A stretch of 64,000 nucleotides of DNA from Candidatus Bathyarchaeota archaeon. GTDB lineage: Archaea > Thermoproteota > Bathyarchaeia > Bathyarchaeales > Bathycorpusculaceae. Under the pieces are notes generated by a model, which did not search any database, had not been told where the DNA came from, and saw only the letters and a list, made by a program, of their open reading frames with translations. The translations under genes were made by a program, and so were the position numbers. The stretch spans positions 544,001-608,000 of the forward strand of contig CAWHDT010000005.1 in assembly GCA_963828195.1 (NCBI GenBank). The letters run 5' to 3'. Positions 45,361 through 55,630 of this stretch are shown here, in pieces; position 1 is the stretch's first letter, and each line of letters begins with the position of its first letter.

Positions 45361-45801
45361 CTACACTATTATGCTTGAGGCACTTGCAATTCTTGGCCAT
45401 CTTTCAGCGGCCTCTCTAGCTACTGGACCCCTTATTTCTGAACCCTTCATTTCGCCGTCAGGAGTGATAATTACTGCTGCGTTGTCTTCAAACTGAACCC
45501 AAACACCGTCAACCCGTCGGAAAGTTTTTCTTTGGCGAACAATTACTGCTTGGAAAATCTTTTTCCTCATATCAGGTGATCCTTGTCTGACAGAAACTGT
45601 TACTTTATCGCCTACGGTGGCGGATGGGTAACGTCGCAGTCGCCCTTTATAACCCATGGCTTGAATCAAGCGCAGTACTCGCGCACCGGTGTTATCTGCG
45701 CATTTTAATTCTGAACCTGATAATAGTCCACGGCTAATTTTTTGTCCGTGTGAAAGCATGCCTTTTGCCACAAGCGCTCTTTGTTTTGCCTTTGCCGCCA
45801 T
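45361..45801 (-). CDS. rpl14: 50S ribosomal protein uL14
   Basis: CADNTGA, FEDNAAVI, GPVAREAAERWP. Confidence 0.98.
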   Translation of the reverse strand: MAAKAKQRALVAKGMLSHGQKISRGLLSGSELKCADNTGARVLRLIQAMGYKGRLRRYPSATVGDKVTVSVRQGSPDMRKKIFQAVIVRQRKTFRRVDGVWVQFEDNAAVIITPDGEMKGSEIRGPVAREAAERWPRIASASSIIV

Positions 45802-45802
45802 T

Positions 45803-46129
45803 CTACTTTTCCTCTCCTAATTTTTCAACCACAACAAAAGAAACCGTTTTGCTGATTGGCCTGCACTCGGCGATTCTTACTCTGTCGCCTTCTTTAACAT
45901 CTATGCATGGTGTGTTGTGGGATGCAATGTGGCCATGTCTTCGTTCGTACCTTTGAAATTTCGACGAAAACTGCAAGAATTCCCTGTCAACTATAACAGT
46001 TTTATCCATTTTAGCAGTTTGGACTTTTCCATCAAGTACGCGTCCTCTTATTGCAAGAGTTCCATGGAATGGACAGTTCCGGTCGTCACATGTTTTTTTA
46101 GGTTGCTTAAAAGCTAATGACATTACCAT
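45803..46129 (-). CDS. rps17: 30S ribosomal protein uS17
   Basis: CDDRNCPFHG, KMDKT, ECRPISKTVSF. Confidence 0.98.
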   Translation of the reverse strand: MVMSLAFKQPKKTCDDRNCPFHGTLAIRGRVLDGKVQTAKMDKTVIVDREFLQFSSKFQRYERRHGHIASHNTPCIDVKEGDRVRIAECRPISKTVSFVVVEKLGEEK

Positions 46130-46404
46130 AACCTCTTAATGCTTTTTTTAAGTCTATCCTCAGATCTTCCGACTAAAAGTTTCCCGTCGATATCTACAAC
46201 TGTTCCGTCATCAAACGTAAAGTTGAAGACGGAAAATTCTTTAATTATACTCTTCGCTTGCCCTTCCTGAAGGAATGTGAAGGTGTTTTTTGTTTCACCT
46301 ATGACTCTGCCGCCTAGGCCAATATAGTCTTTATGCGGGCTCAGAACAACTTTGCCTTCAGTGCCGATAAATTCATAACGGATAATATCGGGGGTTACTT
46401 TCAT
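46123..46404 (-). CDS. rnp1: RNase P protein component 1 (Rpp29)
   Basis: EFIG...GRVIGETKNT...IDGKLLVGRSEDRLKK; canonical position between L29 and S17. Confidence 0.93.
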   Translation of the reverse strand: MKVTPDIIRYEFIGTEGKVVLSPHKDYIGLGGRVIGETKNTFTFLQEGQAKSIIKEFSVFNFTFDDGTVVDIDGKLLVGRSEDRLKKSIKRLW

Positions 46405-46709
46405 TGGGAAGTCGCCTCAGTTACTTTTTCAGCCTTAGGCTTTTTAGCCGGCTTCTCCGCTTTTTTCTGCTGTTTCTTCTCAGGTTCAGCGGCAACTGCT
46501 TTTCTAATGCCAAGTTTATTCTCGTTGTCCACGGTTAATATTTGAGCGATAGTTTTTCGCAGTTCTCTTACTCGCGTTGGGTTTTCAACTGCTCCACCTG
46601 CGTTAATCATGGTTCGGATGCGAGCTAGCTCTGCCCGTAATTCAAGAAGTTTGTTTTTTCTATCGTCAGGAGACATATCGACGATTTCTTTGATTCGCAT
46701 TCTGGGCAT
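46401..46709 (-). CDS. rpl29: 50S ribosomal protein uL29
   Basis: LLELRAEL...ENPTRVRELRKTIAQILT. Confidence 0.96.
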   Translation of the reverse strand: MPRMRIKEIVDMSPDDRKNKLLELRAELARIRTMINAGGAVENPTRVRELRKTIAQILTVDNENKLGIRKAVAAEPEKKQQKKAEKPAKKPKAEKVTEATSQ

Positions 46710-47468
46710 TTACTTTTTTGCCTCCTTGGGGGGTTCATCTGCAACTTCTGTCGCCTGGACCATTGGTTCTTCCTTTACTTCTGCTTTTGTTGGTTCTTCA
46801 GTTGGAGGTGGTGCTTCTTCTTGTGGTTTGGCTTCAGTCTGCTCTGCGACAACGATTTTTTCTTCTTCTGGTGCTGCTTCGAGAATTTTGATTCTGTCAG
46901 GGAAATATGCGTCCGGCGGCATAATTTTTACTCTAACACCTATGATGCCGGGTTTCAGTTGTACGTGAGCCTCAGCTTTTCTCATAGCAACTAATGCTGG
47001 TTCTCCGCATCTTGGGAAGTACCCAGCGCGGAATTTTTCAAAACGTGCTCGTTCTGTGGTAAGCTTTCCGCTTATAACTATTTCAGCGCCAAGGGCACCG
47101 GCTTCCATAACTTGGTTTAATGCCCAAAAACCTGCGCGTCTAAAGTGAACACCTCTTTCAAGCGCTGAGGCAACTCGTGACGCAATCACAAAGGCGTTGA
47201 ATTCTGGAACTTCGATTTCTGAAACTGAAATTTGAGGATTAGAAACTTTGAAGCTTTGCTCGAGGGCTGAGGCAAGTTCTTTTATTGTTTCTCCGCCTCT
47301 GCCGATTACTAAGCCTGGGCGCATCGCGTAAATTACCACGTGCGTTCCGAGCGGAGTTTTGGATATGTTTACTCCGCCGTATCCAGCTCTTTCAAGCTTT
47401 TTTTGTAAAAATTCATCTATTTCTGTTCTTTTTATTGACTCAGTTATAAAACGTTTAACTATGCTCAT
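46710..47468 (-). CDS. rps3: 30S ribosomal protein uS3
   Basis: RAGYGG, RPGLVIGRGG, HFRRAG, KPGIIGVRVKIM. Confidence 0.98.
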   Translation of the reverse strand: MSIVKRFITESIKRTEIDEFLQKKLERAGYGGVNISKTPLGTHVVIYAMRPGLVIGRGGETIKELASALEQSFKVSNPQISVSEIEVPEFNAFVIASRVASALERGVHFRRAGFWALNQVMEAGALGAEIVISGKLTTERARFEKFRAGYFPRCGEPALVAMRKAEAHVQLKPGIIGVRVKIMPPDAYFPDRIKILEAAPEEEKIVVAEQTEAKPQEEAPPPTEEPTKAEVKEEPMVQATEVADEPPKEAKK

Positions 47469-47957
47469 TTATTGTTCTCCTTGAGTGGTAGGTTTCTCGT
47501 CTAGAACTATTTCGACGTGCGTTGTTGTGTCATATTTCGGTGAAGCTCTGCCGTGCGCTCTGGGCGTGAAACGCTTCAATTTCATGCCTGGATATGCAGC
47601 TGCGTGAATTATACGCAACCTATCTACGTCTAAACCTTTATTTTCAGCATTAGACTGCGCCGCTTCTAAGACGCTGAGGATTTGTTGTGAAGCTTTAATT
47701 GGGTATCTTCCGCAAAAGCTGTTTATGAGTCCATGGCGGTGAGGCAGTTTTTTGTTGTACCTTGTGTAGGGCACAGACTTCTTTTTGGCTACAACATCTC
47801 GCAAATACTGTTTTGCGTTATTGAGCATCATGCCTTTGAGGGCTTTGCAGATTTCTCTTGATGCTTTATGGGATACTTTGAGTTCTCTGCCGCTTGCTTT
47901 CGCTGTTTTTTCTGGATCGAGCAATTCGTTGATTATTGAGTATCCCCATTTTGGCAT
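47469..47957 (-). CDS. rpl22: 50S ribosomal protein uL22
   Basis: VSHKASREIC, GRYPIKA, NAENKGLD, PRAHGRA, HVEIVL; start MPKWGYS chosen. Confidence 0.97.
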   Translation of the reverse strand: MPKWGYSIINELLDPEKTAKASGRELKVSHKASREICKALKGMMLNNAKQYLRDVVAKKKSVPYTRYNKKLPHRHGLINSFCGRYPIKASQQILSVLEAAQSNAENKGLDVDRLRIIHAAAYPGMKLKRFTPRAHGRASPKYDTTTHVEIVLDEKPTTQGEQ

Positions 47958-47994
47958 TAATACATCTCCGATGCGCAATCAAACACGTAAAAGC

Positions 47995-48010
47995 AATTTA
48001 TATGGCTTTC
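47995..48010 (-). promoter_or_regulatory. Putative BRE/TATA promoter of the ribosomal operon
   Basis: Minus strand GAAAGCCATATAAAT about 40 nt upstream of the rpl22 start. Confidence 0.4.
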
Positions 48011-48475
48011 CGTATCACAACTAAGATTTTAGTCTAAGCAGACTAGTTACATTCCCGGCGAAGGGAACAATTCGAACGCGTGAGGTGTACAGTTTTGGGA
48101 TGGCGTTTAAGCATTTATAGTTTACCCAAAAAAAGGAAATAGACTATATAGTGACGGTTTTTGCGCTTTTGGTTTTTGGAGTTTTACGTTAAAATCAAGG
48201 TGGAAAAAAAGTTTAACAACTGGCTTTTAACGAAAATAATTATGTCGCGACTTTTGCGTGCGCGAAAGTTGCGACTTTTTGAGAAAGTTCGCCTTTAAAT
48301 TTCAAAGTTCGCGCGATTTTATTAGACGCTTCGCTAACAAAAAATAGTTGAAAACCGCATCCAAAGTTGAATGAACCCGGTTTAACATTAAACCTTTTTC
48401 CAGTCTCTTTCTTGCCTCAGCAATTTCCTTTTTTCCTGCAGTCACAGAGTTTAGCTGGGCATTTGGCTGCGGTGG

Positions 48476-49573
48476 CTATTTGCGCCTTCGACTTTTAGAT
48501 GCCCCTACAACTGCACAAAATGTCGCAGCCGCCATCAACAACACAACTAAAATGGTTGACGCGACACTGAACTCCGGTATCGTTGGGCTTGGCGATGTTT
48601 GTGAGGCGTCTGACAGAATAGATACTGTGTTGCTGCCGCTGTTTGTCGCAAATGTTTCTCCTTTGGCTACGTCATAGGCAACTCCAAAAGGAAATTCTCC
48701 AACGCTCGCGTGAGAGGCAGCATATGTAGAGTCGGATATTGCGGTTACGGTGCCTGATTTTAAATCATAATTTGCAACAATAACTTCCCCTAGTGCTAAG
48801 TCATAAGCGAGGTCATAGGGCAAACTCAGCGAAGGAGCGCTTACGGTTTCAACGACGGAGTTGTCCGAATCAGATATCACTGAAACGGTGCTGTCATAGC
48901 TGTTTGTTACAAAGATGTCTCCCCTTCCAGAATCATAACAAACGCCATATGGAGAACCCCCAACATTCACGGTTGCAACCACATCGTTGCTGGAGTCAGA
49001 TATGACTGAAACGGTGGAATCCACGCCGTTGGCAACGAAAACTTCGCCTTTCGCCGAGTCATATGCCATTCCTTGAGGAGTGTTCCCAACCGTGATTGTT
49101 GCAGTGACGGCGTTTGCGCTGTCCGAGATAACTGAAACGGTGTTATCTACCTGATTTGCCACAAACACTTCGTTTGTGCCAGAATCGCAAGCAACTCCAA
49201 CGGGTCCATTTCCAACGTTCACTGTATCAACAACGGTATTCGACGCATCAGATATTACTGAAACCGTGTTACTCTTTGTATTTGTGACAAAAACTTCGCC
49301 TTTGCCAGAATCATAAGCAAGCTCGACGGGGGAACTGCCGACAACCACCGTGGCTATAACGGAATTTGAAGAATCAGATATCACTGAAACTGTATTCGCA
49401 GCATTGTTAGCCACGAACAACTCGCCCTTTCCCGCGTCGTAAGCTATACCCTTAGGAGTATCCCCAACTTTTACGGTGGGAAATGCAGCGGCCGCAGAGG
49501 CGATGCTGGCTGATGAAAAAGTGAAAATGAAGATTAATATTAAACATAGAAACTTCCAAATTTTAACTTTCAT
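48476..49573 (-). CDS. Secreted YVTN/YncE beta-propeller with PEF-CTERM-like anchor
   Basis: Signal peptide; about 7 repeats of VG..P.G.AYD...GEVFV.N...NTVSVI; C-terminal IPEF + TM + basic tail. Confidence 0.88.
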   Translation of the reverse strand: MKVKIWKFLCLILIFIFTFSSASIASAAAAFPTVKVGDTPKGIAYDAGKGELFVANNAANTVSVISDSSNSVIATVVVGSSPVELAYDSGKGEVFVTNTKSNTVSVISDASNTVVDTVNVGNGPVGVACDSGTNEVFVANQVDNTVSVISDSANAVTATITVGNTPQGMAYDSAKGEVFVANGVDSTVSVISDSSNDVVATVNVGGSPYGVCYDSGRGDIFVTNSYDSTVSVISDSDNSVVETVSAPSLSLPYDLAYDLALGEVIVANYDLKSGTVTAISDSTYAASHASVGEFPFGVAYDVAKGETFATNSGSNTVSILSDASQTSPSPTIPEFSVASTILVVLLMAAATFCAVVGASKSRRRK

Positions 49574-49927
49574 AAAATCAACTCAACCCTTTCTTGCCTA
49601 AAATCCAAAAAAACCTATGTATTGCCCCATTAATAAAGATTTATTGTCACAACAATTTGGCCTGCGCTCTTTAATCTGCGACTGATTTGGAGTAAGTCCA
49701 GTTTGACCCATCCTAATTGTAATGCAGCCTAACCAAGATTCCAGCGAGGGCTCAATCTTATGCTAGCGCACATAAAGTACCCGCCTTGAGTTGAGGTCGA
49801 AGCTCAAAAAAACCCTCTCCTGGCATATCAGAGTTGACCTGTTTTTCCATTCAGATGGTTTACACACCTAAAACGTTTATGTTTACCCGACTGTATTTGC
49901 TATTGCACCTGAAAAGGCGGTTTTGGA

Positions 49928-50995
49928 ATGGCTAGTCAAAACGAGAAAATCACTATGTTGCATGGCGCCGGCGGCACAGTCATGCATAACTTGGTCAAGA
50001 ACTACATTGTGAAGTACTTCGGCGGATTAGGCAACGTAGCTGAGGTTCCGCTGGAAGCGATGGACGACGCAGCAGTCATCGGCGACATCGTTTTCAAGAG
50101 CGATTCTCACGCTGTTAAACCCATCTTTTTCCCAGGCGGCGACATCGGACGCTTATCGATTTCAGGCACAGTAAATGATATTTCAGCCATGGGCGCCACG
50201 CCTTACGCGTTGGCTTGCGGGTTTATTTTGGAGGAAGGTTTGCTGCTTTCGGATTTGGAGCGGATTTTGGTGAGCATGCGGGAGACCTGCATTGAAGCAG
50301 GCGTAGGCATCGTGACGGGGGACACGAAGGTGGTGGAGAAGGGCAGCTTAGGGGGCTTAGTCATGAATGTTTCGGGGATCGGCAGAAGAACCCCAGCTTT
50401 GGACAACGACATTAAAGTGGCAAGGCAGTACCGAAGCGTGGCTTCCCGCTGGACGCTTGACTCAAATTTGGCGGCGGGAGACAAAATCATTTTGACGGGC
50501 ACAATCGGCGACCACGGGTTAGCTGTGCTTTCAGCGCAGCAAGGCTTGACTTTCGGCAGTGAAATAAAGTCGGATGTTAGACCATTAAATCGGATGCTTC
50601 AGAAGTTATTTGCAGAAATAGGGGGGGTTATTTCTGTGAAAGATCCTACTCGCGGCGGGTTGGCAGATGCGCTAAACGAGTGGGCTGAAAAATCAAAAGT
50701 CGGCATTTTAACGTATGAAGACAAAGTTCCCATCCGAAAGGACGTGCAGACCGCCTGCGACATGCTTGGCTTGGACCCTCTTGAAGTTGGGAATGAAGGC
50801 AAATATATAATCGGCGTCGTCAAGGAGAAAGCAGAGGAAGCGCTGGAATTTTTGAGGCAGACGGATGAGGGCAAAAACGCGCAGATAATCGGTGAAGCCA
50901 CAACCCAGTTTAAGGGTGTAGCGATGCAGACGGTTGTCGGCGGCAAAAGAATCATTGCAAGACCCATAGGCGACCCAGTGCCAAGAATCTGCTAG
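49928..50995 (+). CDS. hypE: Hydrogenase maturation protein HypE
   Basis: HGAGG, DDAA, FFPGGDIG, GDTKVV, KDPTRGG, C-terminal PRIC. Confidence 0.97.
   Translation: MASQNEKITMLHGAGGTVMHNLVKNYIVKYFGGLGNVAEVPLEAMDDAAVIGDIVFKSDSHAVKPIFFPGGDIGRLSISGTVNDISAMGATPYALACGFILEEGLLLSDLERILVSMRETCIEAGVGIVTGDTKVVEKGSLGGLVMNVSGIGRRTPALDNDIKVARQYRSVASRWTLDSNLAAGDKIILTGTIGDHGLAVLSAQQGLTFGSEIKSDVRPLNRMLQKLFAEIGGVISVKDPTRGGLADALNEWAEKSKVGILTYEDKVPIRKDVQTACDMLGLDPLEVGNEGKYIIGVVKEKAEEALEFLRQTDEGKNAQIIGEATTQFKGVAMQTVVGGKRIIARPIGDPVPRIC
50974..50995 (+). repeat. 22-bp direct repeat, copy 1 (3' end of hypE)
   Basis: cccagtgccaagaatctgctag, identical at 52756-52777. Confidence 0.85.
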
Positions 50996-51082
50996 CATCC
51001 TGCAGAGAGCTATAAGCGGCAAAGATTCAGCCGTTATTCTCAAATCTTATAAGAAGAGATCGCGAACTAAACGTGACTGCCT

Positions 51083-52702
51083 TTGACTGAAAGTTACGAC
51101 GAAAAACCCCTTTTCGAAGCATCAGACGCCAAGCCTCGACGGGGATTGCCGCTTGACAAGTGGCAACTGCTCTTTCTGGTTCTCTTAGCCGTCTGCGGCT
51201 CATTGCTGCTTTATAAATTGTCATACATGAACATTATTTGGGATGAAACGCCTCATTTATACGGCGCAGTGCTCCTGTCTCAGGGGCGGCTTTCAGCCTA
51301 CTTTAAACAAACAATTTATCCACCACTCTTCGATGTGATTACGGCTGGATTCTTCAAAGTTTTTGGTGCCAGCGCTTTTGTGGGAAGAGCAGTGTCCGTC
51401 ATTTTTGCGCTCCTTACACTGGTTGTTTTGTTTAAACTGGCTGCAAAAACGTACGGGCGAAGAGTTGCTTTTCTGTCTTGCCTGTTTATGGCTACGATGC
51501 CTGGGTTTCTTTGGCTCGCCAGAGTATCGCTTTTGGAGATAGCTCTGGAATTCTTTTTTGTCGCCGCACTGTTGCTGTTTGTTTATTGGCTCCACAGCGG
51601 AAAAAACACATTGATTCTTGTTTGCGGCTTAGTGGTGGGTTTGGCGTTTTTGGTGAAGTATCAAGGGTTGGTTGCGGGTTTAGTTATCGTTGCATGCTTG
51701 CCTTTTTTGTTTTATAATAGCGGATTTAAAGCGAAGATTTCAAAGTTTCCACTTTTAATTCTCTCCATAGCCGCAATCGTTGTTCCAGTTCTCTACCTTC
51801 TTTACTATTCGGGAGGTACAGGTCAATGGTTAAGCCTGCTTCAGCAAAACAGCCCCCAAGCAATATCGTACAGCACGCGTTTTCCGCTTCCGATTTTCTA
51901 CCTCATTGAGATGACTTACCCGCTGAATCTGGTGCATCCAATCTCAATTCTTGTTTTTATCCTTGGGTTACATGGGCTTGGCTTGTTTCTCTGGCGCAGA
52001 AAACCAGAAGACAAAATGTTTCTGGTTTGGTTCCTTGTCGTTTACGTTTTTTTCACTTTAATCGCTTCGAAAGATTGGCGTTACGTTATGCCATTATTCC
52101 CGGTAGTGGCTGTTTCCGCCGCCAGTTTCGTCTCTTTCTTATACGACAAAGGTGAAGCAAAATGGAAATCTGCCCATTCAAGTTTAGATGCAAAGCATAT
52201 GGCAAAGGTTTTTGCTGTTTGCCTAATTTTCTTCACCGCCGTCGCCGTCGTTTACAGCACGACAGATGCGTACCACTGGATTGCCAGCGACTCAGTTACG
52301 CTGCCTCTGCCGCAAGCCGTCAACTACGTATCTAATGGATTGACAGGCAACGAAACAGTGATGGTTGTTTGCCCCGTAAACGTAATCTACCAAAATATTG
52401 TCAACTTTTATTTAGTTGCGGATGAAGCAAAAAACAATCAAGCATGCCAGTACCCAATAGCACCTGTAGACTCATACACTCCGACATTTAACGTGGCGGA
52501 ATTGCTTAGTATGTGCCAACAAAATAATACAAAATACTTGCTCCTGTACGAATACAACGATTGGCCCTACTTCAACACCACACTTACAGCGCCAACCGTG
52601 TACAATATGCTTCTTCAAAGCGGCGAATTCACTTACCAAGCAACCTTCGGAACCTCCCCAGGCAGAATCTACGTTTTTGAAGTGAACGCAACTTCCGATT
52701 AG
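51083..52702 (+). CDS. ArnT/PMT-family (GT-C) membrane glycosyltransferase
   Basis: IWDETPH, YPPLF, GRAVS, LAFLVKY, DWRYVMPL; multi-TM. Confidence 0.88.
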   Translation: MTESYDEKPLFEASDAKPRRGLPLDKWQLLFLVLLAVCGSLLLYKLSYMNIIWDETPHLYGAVLLSQGRLSAYFKQTIYPPLFDVITAGFFKVFGASAFVGRAVSVIFALLTLVVLFKLAAKTYGRRVAFLSCLFMATMPGFLWLARVSLLEIALEFFFVAALLLFVYWLHSGKNTLILVCGLVVGLAFLVKYQGLVAGLVIVACLPFLFYNSGFKAKISKFPLLILSIAAIVVPVLYLLYYSGGTGQWLSLLQQNSPQAISYSTRFPLPIFYLIEMTYPLNLVHPISILVFILGLHGLGLFLWRRKPEDKMFLVWFLVVYVFFTLIASKDWRYVMPLFPVVAVSAASFVSFLYDKGEAKWKSAHSSLDAKHMAKVFAVCLIFFTAVAVVYSTTDAYHWIASDSVTLPLPQAVNYVSNGLTGNETVMVVCPVNVIYQNIVNFYLVADEAKNNQACQYPIAPVDSYTPTFNVAELLSMCQQNNTKYLLLYEYNDWPYFNTTLTAPTVYNMLLQSGEFTYQATFGTSPGRIYVFEVNATSD

Positions 52703-52755
52703 CCTAAAAATCCAAAAAAACTGTCAGCTTTAAGCTTGGATGGCGGCGTGTTTTG

Positions 52756-52777
52756 CCCAGTGCCAAGAATCTGCTAG
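52756..52777 (+). repeat. 22-bp direct repeat, copy 2
   Basis: Identical to the hypE 3' end at 50974-50995. Confidence 0.85.
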
Positions 52778-52793
52778 AACTCCAAAAGCTAGC

Positions 52794-54164
52794 TTACCCG
52801 AATCTGACCCTGATTATTCTAACAGCTTCGTTTAGTGGTTTACCGTTTAGCACTTCCCAAATTAAGCCTGAAAGAACCAGCGCAAACCCCAAGTACTGAA
52901 CGTACGCCGAAACGCTCAACGTGGTAATAGGGGTAGAACTTCTAAATGAGTAGCCTGCGGTGAACCTCTGCACCCAAAACACAAAATAATCCAATTCCGA
53001 ATACAAGCTCACGTTCTGGAAGTCCTCAAAAAAAGCCAAAAGAAACAGGGCAACGCCGACCGCGGCCACCGCAAAAAACAGGAGCGAGGGAGTAAGCTTC
53101 TTTTTTATGGTGCCAAAAAGCGTTTGGAATTTGCTTATGATTGAAGCTGCAAGCAGGCAGATGAATGGCAAAAGTTGATAATTGTATTTTACCGCGCCCG
53201 CGAAAGGCGCTTGATAGTTTAATGCTACACCCATAAATGTGTCAACTCCCGCCACCGCGACTATTGTAGCTAAGCATATCAGGTCCAAGGGAAGAACGTT
53301 TTTGAAAAGCTGCTTTTGCCCCAGGGAGACGGCAAGGGAAAACGCGGTTGCAGCAAGGATGAACCCGCCTAAAGTGATCCACAGGTAGTTTGCGGCGAAG
53401 AAAGCGGAGGGCATGGCGCTGGGCGGATTAAAATGGGTAAAATCATCATGCAAGAACAGGTTAATTACGCTTCCCTGGCAAATGAATTGGTACCACGCAA
53501 AAACGAAAATGAGCAGGGGCACAAAAAACGCGAAAACCAAATAGGGACGCCTTAGGCTTTTCTGCCTGTAGCGGAAGTAAAATATGGCTAAGGGAACAAG
53601 CATGAAGACAGCGTAGAGTTTAGTTGCAAACGCCAAGCTGAAAACGATAGAGGACGCCATGAAGAGCTTAATTGAATCCTGCTTGACGGCGTAAACTCCG
53701 ATTAGCAGAAATAGCAGGCTGAAAAAAAGGCATTGGGCATCAATGAGGAAGGTCCTTGAGAAAACCAGTTGCCAAGGTGTTAAAGCAAAAATTGCTGCAG
53801 CGAACAGCCCTGTTGTTTTGCCATACCATTCTTTACCGATGAGGTAAACTAGCAGTACGCTGCCCAAGCCAAAGAGTGTTATGAATGCCGCTCCGTTGCT
53901 GAAGGATAAGCCGACAAGGCGGAAATACACGGAGTCCAAGTAGAATCCTAATGGGGGCTGGTTGATAAGGTAACCAGTCTGCATGAAAGGCATGCCGGTT
54001 TTTATGACGTTTGTAGCAGCTTGAAATTCAAGGTTTGAATCACTGTTAAAGTAGGGTCCAGCGACAAAGGTGAATAGGCTCGACCCGATAAGGATGCTTA
54101 ACAATGAGAAATTGCGACATAACAGCCTACACAAGCCAGCCACAAGAGCACTATTTTGCTTCAT
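52794..54164 (-). CDS. ArnT/PMT-family (GT-C) membrane glycosyltransferase
   Basis: NQPPLGFY, FALTPW...SRTFLID, LAFATKL; multi-TM. Confidence 0.85.
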   Translation of the reverse strand: MKQNSALVAGLCRLLCRNFSLLSILIGSSLFTFVAGPYFNSDSNLEFQAATNVIKTGMPFMQTGYLINQPPLGFYLDSVYFRLVGLSFSNGAAFITLFGLGSVLLVYLIGKEWYGKTTGLFAAAIFALTPWQLVFSRTFLIDAQCLFFSLLFLLIGVYAVKQDSIKLFMASSIVFSLAFATKLYAVFMLVPLAIFYFRYRQKSLRRPYLVFAFFVPLLIFVFAWYQFICQGSVINLFLHDDFTHFNPPSAMPSAFFAANYLWITLGGFILAATAFSLAVSLGQKQLFKNVLPLDLICLATIVAVAGVDTFMGVALNYQAPFAGAVKYNYQLLPFICLLAASIISKFQTLFGTIKKKLTPSLLFFAVAAVGVALFLLAFFEDFQNVSLYSELDYFVFWVQRFTAGYSFRSSTPITTLSVSAYVQYLGFALVLSGLIWEVLNGKPLNEAVRIIRVRFG

Positions 54165-54246
54165 CCACCACGTATATTATCTGAACACGCTTAAAAACTG
54201 CAAACACCTTGAAAACGCAGCTTAAAAATGCAGGTTACAGCACGTT

Positions 54247-55341
54247 TCATGCTTGAACAACCACGTTTTTTGCCCAGACCCTACATGTGCCTTCGCTGCT
54301 TACCATGCATGCACCAACAGGCTTCTCCGGCGTACAGGCTTTCAGGAACATGGGGCATCCGTCAGGCTTGATTTTTCCGATGATAACAAGGTGGCATTCG
54401 CAGCCAAGCAGAATATCTTTGCCCTGCTCCACATGCACATTGTATTTTAACCTTGCATCGTAATCGGCAAGGGATTCACGCAGCTGCAGCGCTGAGTCTG
54501 GAAGCCTTCCGATGCCACGCCAGTTCCCGCCTGTAACAGTGAAGGCTTTATTCATTATGTCCAGCGCTCGGACGTTGCCCTCGGGCTTGACGACGCGGGG
54601 ATACTCATTTTCAAGTTTAGCTTTGCCTTCGCTTTGCTGCTTCACAATCATGTATATAGACATCAAAACGTCGTTGGGTTCAAACCCAGCAACAACCGTC
54701 GGCATCCGATAAACCCTCGGAAACAACTCATAAGGCTTCAAACCGATGATTGCGCTTACATGCCCCGGAGCAATGAAACCATCAATCTGCAGATCGCCCA
54801 CGCCGAGCAGCAGCTCCATGGCTGGAGGAATCAAACGGTGAGAAACCAGAAAACTAAGGTTATTCGGCGGGTTCCCAAGCGCTTCCACAGCGGTTGAGGG
54901 AGCAGTAGTTTCGAAGCCCACCGCGAAAAAAACAAACTGTTTCTGGAGCTCACGTTTCGCCATTTCAACCGCGTCAGAAACCGCATATACAATTCTAACG
55001 TCAGCACCAGCCGCCTTAGCTTCTAGAAGCGACATTTTGCTTCCTGGCACCCGAAGCACATCGCCGAAACATGTGACCACCACGCCCATTTGCGCCAACT
55101 GGACTGCTTCATCAATTTCAGATGCCGGCACAATGCAAACGGGGCAGCCTGGACCGGCAATAACTTCAACATTCTCAGGCAAAAGACTACGCAAGCCATA
55201 ATGCGTTATCGTCCACTCGTGAGTTCCGCAGACATGGCAGATTTTTGTTTTTCCAGCCTTCGGCGATAGACTTTTGATTTTTGAGGCTATGTTCTGCGCC
55301 AATTCGGGGTTTCTGAACTTCAGGTTCTCAGCCATGCCCAT
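54247..55341 (-). CDS. hypD: Hydrogenase maturation protein HypD
   Basis: HVCGTH, GPGCPVC, GFETTAP, PGHVS, GACMVSSEGTC. Confidence 0.98.
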   Translation of the reverse strand: MGMAENLKFRNPELAQNIASKIKSLSPKAGKTKICHVCGTHEWTITHYGLRSLLPENVEVIAGPGCPVCIVPASEIDEAVQLAQMGVVVTCFGDVLRVPGSKMSLLEAKAAGADVRIVYAVSDAVEMAKRELQKQFVFFAVGFETTAPSTAVEALGNPPNNLSFLVSHRLIPPAMELLLGVGDLQIDGFIAPGHVSAIIGLKPYELFPRVYRMPTVVAGFEPNDVLMSIYMIVKQQSEGKAKLENEYPRVVKPEGNVRALDIMNKAFTVTGGNWRGIGRLPDSALQLRESLADYDARLKYNVHVEQGKDILLGCECHLVIIGKIKPDGCPMFLKACTPEKPVGACMVSSEGTCRVWAKNVVVQA

Positions 55342-55356
55342 CGCCCGCCTACTGCC

Positions 55357-55581
55357 CTATTCAGGGGTAGCTTCAAGGATGCTGTTCCATAAGCTCAGGG
55401 TTTCTAAGGCTTCTTTTTCTTCAATAACTTGAATAGCGTAGCCTGCGTGAACCAAAACGTATTCGCCTACTTTCGCTTCAACAAGCGAAACGTTAACTTC
55501 TCGAAGTACGCCTTGGCCAAAATCCACGTTAGCTTTGCTGCCGTCAATATTCATTATTTTGGCGGGAATTGCTAAACACAT
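55357..55581 (-). CDS. hypC: Hydrogenase maturation chaperone HypC
   Basis: MCLAIPAKI, VGEYVLVHAGYAI. Confidence 0.98.
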   Translation of the reverse strand: MCLAIPAKIMNIDGSKANVDFGQGVLREVNVSLVEAKVGEYVLVHAGYAIQVIEEKEALETLSLWNSILEATPE

Positions 55582-55630
55582 ACTTAATCAATTAATAGCA
55601 GGCATTAAACGGCGATAAAAAGAAATTGGT

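Noticed and set aside
40067-46968. Many plus-strand ORFs antisense to ribosomal protein genes
   Set aside because: Shadow frames of strongly supported minus-strand genes.
49596-49614. gcctaaaa(a)tccaaaaaaac repeated at about 52702-52721
   Set aside because: Mostly A-tracts; too low in complexity to call a meaningful repeat.
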